The position numbers and the translations under genes were made by a program. Under the pieces are notes generated by a model. It was not told where the DNA came from and did not search any database. It saw only the letters and a program-made list of their open reading frames with translations. DNA of 64,000 nt from Geosiphon pyriformis uo1 (lineage: Eukaryota > Fungi > Glomeromycota), in the NCBI GenBank assembly GCA_016748015.1, contig JAAOMT010000586.1, positions 248,001-312,000 of the forward strand. The letters run 5' to 3'. Positions within the stretch are counted from its first letter, which is position 1, and every line of letters starts with the position of its first letter. Shown piece by piece: positions 35,014 through 48,564 of the stretch.

Positions 35014-37107
35014 TCAATCCTGAGCCTGTAATGTTTGAATTTGTTTGAGCAAAAATTTCTTTTCGTCATTGAATTGCTCGTCATCTTTTCATTAAGATTT
35101 ATCCGAGTAGAATGGGAATTAGTTAATAAAATCAGAGCCTGGTATAAGTTAAACCAAGCTATGACATACCGTGCCGATCATTATGAAAGTTACTCAAAAA
35201 AGTGATCAGTCTATCGCGATTCTTATACAAAATGTCGAGGATCGGTCTATTTTTGTTTGGATTCGCAACAAAGATCTGCGAATACAACAGAAAGATTCAA
35301 ATAGAGATTTTTGTAATCTAAAAAAATATCGAGTAAAAAAATTTGTTTAACCTTGAACACGTGAAAAGCCTCGAATTGAATATTTCGGCTTTTATCTTTC
35401 AATAAATTCATCATTAATTTCAGATTTTCAGGGCTCGCAATGTAACGAGTCATGACATTAAAATTACAACGATCAACCAGAATTTCACCGAGTAACTATT
35501 TTTTGATGTTTTTAAAGTAAGCGAAAGTAGTATATGAACCATTAATTAGCCAATAGTGAAGGAACGCCACTTACTTTGAGTGATTGCCGTTTTGTTACGT
35601 AATTGTTTGATTTCAAAAGTTTTGAATAATACTCGAAAAACTATTGAATTCAAGTGAATAATTAGGTAATGAAGTTTTCCACCATTAAAACACATTGTCT
35701 GTTCAATTATTATTAAAGAAAGTCTTTACCTTTTCATAGTTAGTATCTAAAAATTCTGATACTAACATTTTATGTCGCGTTAAAATTTCCTATGTAGGTT
35801 GAGTTAGTCAGTCAGTTAGTTATTTAGTTATTTAGTTAGTTAATTGGTTAGCTTGATTGAAAAAAAGTCGATCATGTCAAAATTCAAATTAAAATATATT
35901 TACCTTGAAAGTAGCAAAAGCATCACTTGCCATATCAAATGTGCTAACTTCCACATAATCAAAGAAATTATAAAACTCTGGGGAATACAAAATGATTTTG
36001 GTCAGTGATTCATGTCGTAGACATTCTCGAAGGATCATGCCGCAATTGAGAGCTATTTCAGGATTTTCATATCTGGAAAAGAATGATTGAAAAAATTGAT
36101 CAAGAAAAGTTTTTGGTTTTCAGAAAGAAAAAATTTAAAGAGAAAAGCCAACCCTTTGAGTAATGTAAAAAGAATCTCTCCCCGATTTCTTAGATAATCT
36201 ACGGTCGGTGTGAGTGCTCCAATTTGTCGTCTTAGCAGATTATTAAATATTTGTGATACATCTTTTTTGGCCTAAAAAGAATTTGGAAAAGAGGACAAAT
36301 TAGAAGAAATATTAAGGGATGGATGAAATTATTATCATCAGGTAGAATTATAAGATAAGATTTCTATTATTTAACAATTTACCTCAAATTCAAAACGCCA
36401 TATGTTGAGTACTAGCAATTGAAGTAAATCATTATTATAAACTTCTTGAGCTAGTTGTGCAACGGTTTCAGGGATGGGTTCACTCTCTAGGATCGATGAG
36501 TTTGATTTGATTAGTAAAAAATCGACTGCTATGATTGATCACTATTATCACCTTAATTCCAAATATCAGAGATAAATAATTCTAAATTACCATTATCTCC
36601 ATAGAGAATGAGTTTCATAGTCGCCAAATTTTTGGATATCTCTTCACTTGCCTACGAAATAACATTGGGTGAGGACCGCTCTTCTTATCTTTTTCGCTAA
36701 GCAAGGATTTTGTTTGTAAAAATGTTTCTAGAGGTCAGGAAAACACTGGACTAATAGTTGTGAACTAAAGATTGGGGATTTCAAAGAATTGGAAACAAAA
36801 AGCCCAAAAAATCGAATAATAAAAAGGTGCATTATGAAAATTACGGGTTTTTGTGGTGATATCGGTTTATTTTGACAGTGAGCCCATAAAACTAGGGTGA
36901 TTAAGTTTAAGAATTTTCCATGTTTTGTTCTGTTGGTTGAACTGATAAAAAAAAAGGAAGTACCAACCTAACAAAATGTATGAAATTATTTAAAAAAGAT
37001 ATACAAACCTTTTTCTTTTCTAGGCCATCCAGTTTGTTAATGGCTTCTTTGACGTTCTTCACTAACTCATGCGGGGTTTTTTGCTTAGGTTTAAAAAGAA
37101 AAGCCAT
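35014..37107 (-). CDS. MO25: Mo25/CAB39 (Hym1) scaffold protein, multi-exon
   Basis: [98 protein letters not shown] introns. Confidence 0.95.
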
Positions 37108-39087
37108 GCTGAAAGAGGTTTATTATATATAAGAATTTGAGAGTTATAAGTTATTGAAGAGCAATTAAAGGTATCCAAGTACTTTCTTTTGTGATAACAG
37201 TTAGGAAAGATTATAGAATGGGTTTGTTTAAGTAATAGAATTCACTTGTAAGTCTGAAAAGATGTCTTATTTATTTGGGATTTTTATGGTCGCATGGAAA
37301 ATTTAATATAATTTTTCACTAACAGAGGGATGATGGTTTCACTGCAGAAGAGTCAGGTAACTGACCGTTAGATAAAAAAGTTTCATTATCTTTTTTTTAT
37401 TTATTTATTTGTTGTTATATTAGATTTTTTATCGTTAGTCTTGAGAAACCATCCCCGAAATTCCAGGAATTCTGGTTAAATGGGAATTTAAAGTTTGAAA
37501 GTGTAGCACTTACAAGATGATATCATACACGAGACGAATGAGAATTTTAAATGTTAGTTTTATTTAGTAAAGCTTTTTAGATTTTATGGAAATCCTGGCT
37601 TTTTCAAATAAAAATGTTAAAAAAATAGTTTCAGGGAAAAAAATTATATATCTCAAATTCAAATCATTCTCTTTGTCATCCCTTTTATGTCACGACAAAA
37701 TTTATCCGTTCAACTAATATCACAATCAAAGATTTATTTCAAGCGTTCCATGAACTGTTTTTTTAAATTATATACAGGAAATTAAAACAAAATAACGTGA
37801 TCTCAACTATATAAAAACTTTTTTAACGGATATTATACATATCATAAGTAGAGTAAGTAGAATTAGAACAAATAAAAAAATATAAATTAGTTACGATTCT
37901 TCTTTATACAACTATTTTGAAAATGTTGGTTTCACTTAACCAGATATTTCACTCCTTAACTATTCTGGTTTTCGTTAATGTGACATTTTTGTCCTCTTTG
38001 AGTCCTTAATTGAAGAGCCTGGCCTTTAATTCATTTTTCTACTAAACTAATTAATAGTTTTTTTGTTTATATTTCAAAATATGATATTATTTTTTTTCAG
38101 CAATATTTGTTGAAATCACTTGTTGAATATAAGATACTTAATCAAAAAATAAAATATACATTTGTATCATGTTTAATATCTTTGCAATGTTGTTTTTACT
38201 TTAAATTTTTTAAGTTTTTACAAATACTGTAAAAAACTGTGTAAGATAATATAAGTAAATGTATATTGTTGTAAATAATTTATAATAAAATACTATAATA
38301 GATCATATATATGTTTTGTTTTTGGCAATTTTTTATAATATATATATATATATATTAATTTTATAATGCAAATTATTAATATTAAAAATAAACCAAAATA
38401 TTAAATCTGGTTTCTTTTTAATAACCAAAAATAAATAAATAAATAAAATTATCAAAAAATAATAAATAAAATTATCAAAAAACCAATAAACTTAAATTAT
38501 AAATCTTATTAAACATAATAATTTATGCAATTAAAGTTAAAAAAAAAACCCAATTTAAAATCAAAAAATATATAATATAAGATAAAAAAAACAACAATTT
38601 TGACATAAAATATTGAATTAATAAACTAATTTATAAAAATTTTAAAATATAATAAATAACTTAAAAAATTTTTCTAATAAACCAAAAAAAAAACAGTTTT
38701 ATAAATAAAACCAAATAATATTATTTATTATATTATTATTATTATTTAAAAGTTTTTTATTAAATATAATTTTTCTTAAAATATTAATTTTAATAATATT
38801 ATTATTAAAAGTTTTTTTGAATTTAAAAATAACAATACTGTATTTTTAATAATAATTAAAGTTAAAAAATAAAAAATAAAACAAATTTAAATATGTATTT
38901 AAATAATTATATTTTTAATTTAGTTTTAAAAGTATTATATAAAAAAATTTTAATCTTCTTTTTTTTATTAAAATTAATTAACAAATAAAAACAATTTTAA
39001 AAGCTTTAAAAGTTTTAAAATATAGATTTTATATAAAAAAACTTAAATAATAATTGAAATTTTTACCAATTTTTTTAATAATAACAG

Positions 39088-39856
39088 TATTATTCATAGA
39101 ATAAACAAGAAATAATTAAATATAATATAATTAACTAATTATATAATAAAAATTACCAAATTATATAATATTAAAAATTTTAACAATAATTTAACAAAAA
39201 TTATATTTTAAAAATCTTATATTATAAAAATTTATATATATATAATAAAATTATTAAAAACAAAAAAAACAAACAATTTCAATTTAATTTTTATTAAAAT
39301 AACTTTTATAATTAACAATCTAATACTTAAAATTAAATTTTTATTTAAAATAAAATTCATCAATTAAATTATTCAAATATTTAACTTTATAAATATATAT
39401 TTATTTTATTAAAATTCAATTATATTTTTATTTAATATTATTAGTATTAATATAATATTATTAATAATATTAAAACAATAGTTTTTAATTATGATTATTA
39501 ATAAAATATTAATTTTTATTTTCTTTGGGTTTTGTTTTATGTTTACTAATTAATTAAGAAAAAAATATTAAGATTATAATATTAAAAATTGTTTGGTAAA
39601 AAATGTCAAAAAAAATATAAAACATAATTAAAAACTAGAATTGTTTATTAAAAGAATAAAAAACACCAAATAATTTAGTAATTATATTAAAAAAATTAAA
39701 TATTGAATATTATTTACTATTATCATTAAATTTTTGTCTATTATAAAAAAAATTCAATTAATCAAATCTTTAGATTATTAAAATTTTTAAATAATATTAC
39801 TAATTAAGAACACTAAATTATATAATTATATACAGAAAAATTTTTTACTTATAACA
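39088..39856 (+). repeat. Ghost solo LTR related to the Gypsy LTR
   Basis: Starts tattattcatagaata (cf. LTR tgttactcatagaata). Internal aaacaatagtttttaattatgattatta and tgtctattataaaaaaaattcaatt. Ends ataaca. Confidence 0.7.
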
Positions 39857-40263
39857 AAAAACAACAAATCTAATTTATCAACCCAAATATTTATTATAAT
39901 ATCTAAAAAAATAGTTATATTTTTATAAAAAACCCAAAATTATTTTATTTTTAAAATTATTATATTATTATATTTTTAATAATATTATTTAAATTTTATT
40001 AAAAATCATATTAAAATTTATAGTTAAACCAAAACTTACTCTTTAAAACTGTTTTAAAAATACTTATTTATTAAATAAATTTAAAAAATATTTTTAAAAA
40101 TTTAAATTATAGTTATTTATATCTGTATTATTGTAATTATTATTTTTTAAATCTGATTTTAATTTTATTATTAATTAAAAAAATATCGAATTAAAAAAAA
40201 ATTTAATAAAAATTTAAACTTAATTATATTAATAAATTTATTATTAATACTATTTATTATTAA

Positions 40264-43200
40264 TACTATTTTTTTTTTTATTAAATTTAACAAGTAAAGT
40301 TCAAATGCCATCTAGTGCAATACATCAAACTAAGTGATCTAAACTAGCTGCAAATTATGTACTTTCTACACATGACCAGCCACTTGGACTGATCAGAGCA
40401 ATACTACAAATCTATTTGAACAGAAATCATACTATCTACACCAGAAAAAAAACAGCAATGTTTACAAAAACCAAAGCAGACACCAAGTGCCTCAGCAATC
40501 CCAAACAACCTAATTACTCCAGCTGAAAACATACATGACAAACCATAAGTCACAGAATACACAGAACCATCAAGTGGAATCAAACTGTTCTTTTCCATTA
40601 AAGCTTTATATTTAGCCTTAACCAACCAAATATCTATGTGGTAGGCAGCACCCAATTCCCAAACAAAATCAACAATAAATTTTCTCACAGTCTTGGCATC
40701 ATCCAGAATAGACATTGCTTCCTGAACCCAATCTTAAACAAAAAGCCTTTGCTCACAGTAGTATACAATACATTATCAGACACACACAAAGAAAGCACCT
40801 GCAAGATGCGAGATAAAGGTGAATTCAAACCAGACACACAATACCATTTGGCCAGATAAGACATAAGAATGTTTTTATGGGCATCAAAGTCAAATGTACA
40901 AACAAAAAAGTGATCAGAACTTTTCACTTCATCACAGTGTAGACACAAAACACTCAGATAAGTCTTATTATACAAATGCTTTCACACAGCAACTGGTAGA
41001 TAGTGGTAAAGAGCTTTCAAAAAATAAGAGCACAAACTAGCTGTAGACTTATTGATAAAGCCGGCCACCATATGGGAATCAGAGTGCCACACCAAAGCAG
41101 TATGAGACCAATCCACATCACCAAGTAAACTGTTATTAATAACATCAAAATCAAGACCAACCTTCCAATAAACACAATTAACAAACCTAAAAATCTCACA
41201 AACAAAATGATGAATATTTCCAAACACTGCCATCCCACCAGCCTTGACAAACCTCTCCTTAACCAACACAGAAAGTGCCAGATCAGAACTCACAGCCAGA
41301 TTGGCTAACTTATTAGCACATTCATTACTTATAACACCTGAATGCCCTTTAATCTTGCATCAAAAAACATCAAGCCACTTTCCTTTAATTATATTAACAA
41401 TGCCACACCACTCTATCCAGCAGCAGTTGTAAAAGTCCAGAGACACCAGAGCAGATTCAGCCACACATGCATCCAGGGCAGTCTGACTGTCTAAATAAAC
41501 CACTACTGAACTGTCAGAAGGAACACACTCCAAAGCCAAAGCAATTGCCTGCAATTCCACCATAGTCGAAGACATTATTCCACTAATTCTAGTACCAATA
41601 CCCAAATTCAGATCAGAGAAGTAAGCAGCAGCACCACACTTTATCTTACATAAACCCAAATTCTTCAATAATCCATTCATGTAAACACTAATAACCTCCA
41701 TATTAGCAGAATAAAGACATTGATCCAATTTGGAGACCTCACCTGAGCTGTAAACATCCAGAGCCTGCAAACCTGCATTGTACAAGTCATCAGATGGAAA
41801 AAAATGCTCCAAAAAGCCACAAACCAGAGTGAACCAACAAGGGACCAGGTCTTTTGGATCAAGTTTCTTCCAACATCAAAAGCTTTTCTAATCAAAAACC
41901 AACTCTTTTTTAGTGTACAACTGCTCAGCAAAGACAACCCCAGATCTTTTAAGAGAGGAAAAAACATTATAGAACAAAAAAGTTCTTAGGACTGTAGACA
42001 TTAGTGTCTCACCAGAAAAGCAGAACACAGTAACAGAGAGATTGCCAAAAGACATATCATAGTCCAAAAAATCCTAACAACACCTACCAAAAAATTATTA
42101 ACTGGACTGACATGTAACTTAACTGGATGACATAGAGGGTGAATAGGTGACCAACCCAGAACTTGAAGATCCAAAGATCTATGATTAAATAAATGACTAA
42201 GAACACCACCAGCATTTAAAAAACACAGCACAGAAGCCATCTTGTATTCAGTCTGCAACTGTTCAAAAAATTTCAAGCCATACAAAGATGGATGATGAAA
42301 AGCCTTATTAGGAAAGTCTTTTGGAAGTCCAGACTTAAGCTTTAAGCCCCTTCTAATCAACATATCCCACTTCATATACACACTCCTAAAAACAAAACTG
42401 AATTGAGTCCTATAACTGACAATGGGTTGCAATACAGCTGACACTAGATAAAAAACTGCTTGTCCAAAATAGCCTTTTTTAGAACCAGATTGACAAAAAA
42501 CCTGATGTCTGCATGTGCTTTAGCCAAACTGGGTTTGGACAAATTCTCGGATAACAAATAAATGCCAAGGTACTAATGAGACTTCTTTTTGTAAGTGACT
42601 GAAATCAGCAGACCACTAATTAATAATGATGCATTACCAATCCTCTGATTAATAGGAATGGTCACAGTTTTCTCATTATTGATTGAAATGTCATTTATCA
42701 TGAAGAATTCACTTGCTATGTCCAAAATATACTAAATGATGGCCTAACTGCTACCCACCCAAATAATGTCATCAACAAATGCACCAGCCACCAGAAACAA
42801 AGTTAAACTGTTTTGGTTTTCTACTCTACCTGTTTTAGTAACAAATTTAGTATCAATTCAGTATTCACACAAACTCTCTTGCCTCTTGACCTTACACAAA
42901 AGAGGATCATAAAAGATTCTCCACAGCAAAGGAGAAAAAATTTCATCCTAGTCAAAACTATCATGTATCCAGTACTCATTAGTCAGACTGAAATCAGTCA
43001 TAATACAATTAATGTGATCATTGTGAATAGAACCAAAAAATCTAATAAAACACTCACATATTTTAATTTGAACCAAACTATTATATAAGTGATGCCAACT
43101 CACAGAATCATAGGCTTTACACATATTCTGCAACACAAGCCAAAGTTCACAATCCTTCTCTAAAGTATCTTCAACAACTGAGCCAATGACAAAAATAGGA

Positions 43201-46200
43201 GACTGAGTAGTAATGCCCTTAAGCACAAAAAAATTGTTCTTACAAAGAACATTGAATAGACAGTACACTGATGAAATATCAGAGAGCAACTTAGAAAGAA
43301 TCTTATGAACAGTCTTAATTAATGCAATCAGCCTAGTATTTATTAAAACACCCTTCCACTCATAGGGCTTAGAAATCATTAACACCCAAGCTTTTTTCCA
43401 ACAATAGGAAACTGACTTATGCACAAAACAAATGTTCAAAAGATCCAGAAGCAAGCTTAATACAGATTCATCACAATGTTTCTAAAGTTTATTTGAAATA
43501 TCAGACAAGCCAGCAGCTTTACCATCTGGTAAATCCTTAACCATACGCATCAAGTCATCCAAACTGATAGCATCCATTACATTAGAAAAAGCATCATTAT
43601 CGACATAATTCAATGACAGGTATTAACACTGTCACAAATTGGGAACATTCTTCAACATGGCCTTCTTTCTTGTCTAGCCTTCTATTATACCATCCACCTT
43701 ACTCTTGACTTCCACTGAATTCAAAATCAAAATGCCATCAGAAACCAAATAATCCAACACCACTTTGCAGAATGAACATTCCAAAACATTATGAATTGTG
43801 TGGTCTTTGTTTACCACAAAATCCTCCATTCTTTTTTTGATAGCTGATTTAATGCCTGACTCTTTAGTTCACAATGACTTGGCAAACTTAAAGGCACAAT
43901 AAGATCTTCTCATACCATAGAGAGCAAAACAGACACAATCCAACCTTACACCAAAGCACACAAGATCCCATACAACTAAAGCTTTGTTATTATCCAGAGA
44001 AATCCAGTGTTTTAAAAGAGATACAAATTGGCCAAAGTTTACCTTGCAAGAAGTCTTGACAATTCTTGAAACCAAAATTTCCAGATTATGCAACTTGGAA
44101 AACTCCTTGGTAAACATCCTATTATAACCCTTAAACCATTTTTTTTTGAAAACATCATTAGCTGAAAAAATCATTACTTTGCAAACAATGTCCCACATAG
44201 CATCCAGATTAGAGAATCTTTTGGCCAACCTAAAATTGTCTAAAAACATGACAGTATTGGCTGCAGTAGCATCCTTAAATTCACACTATTTCACTTCATC
44301 CACATTTTTGACATCATATTTCTAACAATTTTTATTTGTCTGTTTGCATAGTAAACTTAACTGAATATCAAACAAACCACCTAAACTCATGGAAGTGAAA
44401 ACTGCTTTGTGATCAGTATCAAAATAGTCTTCAACACTGGCCACACTACCATTTATTATAGCACTGCCCAAACTTGAAAAAACGAAAATATAATTGAGAG
44501 CTTTAGCAACACCACAAAAATTGGTCCATGTAGGCACCTTAGCAAACAAATTTCCTCCTAAAGAATCAACTAAACCTAAATCAAAGCATTTCCTAAAACT
44601 TGCATACTTCCAGGCACTGTCTTTATTGAAATCATCACTCAAAATTACAAAGGAGGATTCATTTACAGCTTTTGCAATTAGAGAGTTGATATCTTTAATT
44701 TGAGAGAACCAAACACCAGATAATGCACCAGCATAAAGTCCCAAAATTAAAACAGAAAGCTTATTTTTAAAAAGCAACCTGACAGAGAGGAGACATCCTG
44801 CCAATTCAGAAACTTTGCACACATGCCTTGCCAAAAAATTGTTCATAACAATAGCAACCCCAATACTCATGTAACCAGAATCCATATCAGACATAAATAC
44901 CTGAACACCATTGAATTTGTTGACAATTCATGGCCAAATCTTGCTCTTAAGTTTTGTCTTCATGAAAATTGAAACCAGATTGTCCATATCTTTGTGCCAT
45001 CAAATAACATCAGCCTGTTTGGCTGGGTTATTCAAGCCCCTAATATTGCATGTGGCTATTTTTCAGACAAGATTGGTTATTAAAAAGAAGAAAAAAGAAT
45101 GCCAGAGCCCAAACTTGCATTCTCCATCTTGGCTAAAAGACCCATCACTATTCTAGAAAGATTTTTCAAAGTCTCTTCCATCTTTGACATAACTGAAAGA
45201 TCAAAAACCACCACTCCCACAATAGTCTTACCACTAGTGGCCACACTCAAACTTTCACTTATTACTATATTCACCCCTTGATTCTGAGATAAAAGGGTCA
45301 CCAACAGCTAACATCCAGAGCTAAGCTGGAAAACTGTTGGCCTGGGTGTGTCCAATCTCTTAGCCAGCTTGTCAACACACTCTGCAAGGCTGGTAAGACT
45401 GCACTCAAGAGTGACAAACCTATCATTTAATTCCAAAAACACTAATGGAGTAGGCTTTTCCTCTAAAGAGGAGTTAGCATCTAACAAACCATTTAGAATG
45501 GAGAGAGAGGAGAATAAAGACCCACCAACAATCTTGGCCCATGAAACACCATCAAAGAAGACAGGACAAGCAACTGGTGCCGAACATTTGACATAAATAG
45601 CTGCCAGTTGGCTTTTATCTGCATCTGAAAGAAAATGACATGGCAGACTGCCAGAAGAAAATTTCCTATCAGAAACACAGCTTAGAGAGGTATGACCCAA
45701 CTTTCTATACTTTGCATACACTGCAGACCCAAGACAAAACCAATGGAAATGGGCACTTTTCAACACTGGTGTTGTTCTCATGATGGCATCCAGTAAATTG
45801 GCTGACTCAAAACAAATAATGGCACATCTAACCTGGACATATATAACAGGATGACAATTGATAACACATGTTTTTTCACCCACAGAACCAATAAAATCCC
45901 AGATGTCATGAGCAGTTGTTCCTATTGGCAGAGTATAGAGCAACACTCTATAGTAATCCCTCACATTTCACAATTTCTTGTCTTGATCAGTCCTGACTAC
46001 ACACACAGCATTCTTTTTAATCAGGATAGACCAACAAACTGTGACTAAACCAGTCTGTTTACTCTTACCAAATTTGACTATAGCTTTCTGCCACAAACCC
46101 ACCAACTGCATTTTGATTGACACCACTTTACCAAATTCAGATAATGTGCATACACAGCCTCTGTTGATGTTCCAACTGAAATTTTCTTCAATACCACAGC

Positions 46201-47013
46201 CCGATCTGAATGTTCAGATAATTTTTTGAGATCGGCATTTACCAATATCTTCGCCTCTTTAGCTTTTTTAGAAGTCTGTGCCAAACTCAATTTGGAAGTG
46301 AATATTGCTCTGATAATCCCAGCAAATTTTGAGGGAGTAAAGGTCTCCCCAAAACCATTAATTTTTGAAAATAACTTTCTGACCACCATAAGCTTCTCTT
46401 GAGCAGATTTTCTAACAACATTGTTCAAACTGATATCCAGAGTGAAAAATTTTCTAATAGAAACATCGACTAAGTTCTTTAAAGGAAGAGGGAAAACCAC
46501 AGGTCTGTCTAAGAGAATGTTGTCACCACTATTGTCCAAGAAGTCAATTTTCCCCAGTGGTTTACCCAGTGCTCTTTTGGTTTGAACTTTTGAACTCTTA
46601 GGAATTCATTCCAAGTCTCTACCAGCGATAATGCTACCTTCCTCATAATCAAAGCTGGTCTTCTCAACCAGAAATTTTTCTTCCATGTCCACACTATCTG
46701 ACTCAGTAGTATTTCCTGTCTCAAAATCTCAGAAACAATTATCTGATGCCTTAACAGCAGTGAATTTCCTATTACCAACATTATCTTCCAAAGCATTACC
46801 TCTCCTCTTCTTTCTAGACTCAGTAGACTTGATACCAATATTAAAACCAGGCTCCATAACAGACTTGTTCAGAATGACAATACTAGGACCAACAGTGGCC
46901 TTGTAATCAAGCAAAAACAGTTTGGAATTATTGTGCTGAATGATAAAAAACTTTTTTCAAAAAATTTTTTTTTCTTTTTTGGAAATTTTTGGAATGAATG
47001 AGAGAAAAAAGAC
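40264..47013 (-). mobile_element. LINE copy 4, full length
   Basis: ORF1 ~46914-45080; ORF2 ~45080-40404 (KIATCNIRG APE start, AFVDDIIW, RNase H, CLHC..HFFVC). Poly-T at 40269-40279. Flanking direct repeat TTAATACTATTT(ATTATTAA). Confidence 0.94.
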
Positions 47014-47038
47014 TTAATACTATTTATTATTAAAGTTC

Positions 47039-47070
<32 letters not shown>

Positions 47071-48564
47071 GCATATATACTTTTTTTATTAGTAATATTA
47101 ATAATATATACACTTATTATCAAATTAAAAAAATTTATTAACAAAAAAATAATGCTTAAGTTTGATTTAATAATATAAAAAAAACCATAATTATCAATAA
47201 TTAGAATAATATAAAAGTTTTACAAATAATTTCATACTTTTTATAAAACATAACAAATTTATTATATCAAAGTTTTATTATAAAACTTAATATATTTAAT
47301 ATCTTTAAAATAATGTTCTTATAATATTTTAATAATTATAATAGTATTATTTAATTACAAAACCATTTTAATATAATTAAACAGAAAAATAGTAAAGTAA
47401 TTACTATTTATTTAAAATATTTTTATTATTATTTGTGTTAAATTTAAGTAATTAATGCTAATTATTACACTATTTTTTAAATTTTAAATCAATTTATTAA
47501 AAGATTATATAATAGTATTTTTTTAAAAATCTGTTTATTATGTTTAAATAATTTTTAAACAATTATTATATTAACCAAAAATTTTGAATTAACTAAATTA
47601 AAAACCAATTATATTCAAATTATTAATTTAATAATAAATAGATTATTTAAATTAAATACTAAATTAAAACAGTTTAATAATATTATTAACTAAAAATTAG
47701 AAAAATACTTAGCTAATAATTAGATTATATATTAACTTTTATCATATTACAAACAATTAAAGTTACAATTATTTTTAAAATCAGTTATAATTATTATTAT
47801 TAATTAAGTAATAAATTAATAATATTAAAAGTAACTTGTTATTATTATTTAATTTTATAATAAAAAAAAACCAAAAAAAAATCATAAATAAATATCTCTA
47901 TATATATTTTGCTTAACCAAAAAAATTTAATTCTTAGTATATATTAATATATTTCAAGAAATTTATAATATTAATCTTTAAAATTTATTTGTATTAACTA
48001 TAAAAAAAATTTTTATTTATAAAAACATATTATAATAACAATAAAAATATTAAATTACTACTAAAATTTATTGTTTGATTATGCATTTTAAAATAATTTG
48101 GCTGTTCAAAAATAAGTAAGACAATAAATTATATTTGTTTGTAAAAAAACATTATTAAACAAAAAAATATAAAATAATATTTTTAATAGAAAAAAATATG
48201 TAATAAATTATGTTAGTACATAATTTTTATTAATAATTAAGTTTATAAAAAAATACTAATTACTATTGTTTATAATTATATACTTTTTTATTTAAAAAGT
48301 TATTTACATAAAAAAATAAAATTTGGTAAATAATTATTATTATTAAATAAAACAATATTATATTAAAACAAATTTATACAATAAAAAACATATTTTAAAA
48401 TAATTTTAAATTAAATTTATATTTACTCTATTAAATAATTTAATAAAATTTAATAAATATTACTAATTATTAACACCAATAAAAAAACAAAAACAATTAT
48501 TAACTATTTTAAATACTTAACTTTATAATTATTATCTTATTTTATATTTAAATATTATATATAA

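Noticed and set aside
47030-48560. AT-rich deserts as mitochondrial or endobacterial insertions
   Set aside because: No tRNA, rRNA or recognisable genes. Equivalent deserts in this window contain identifiable TE fossils.
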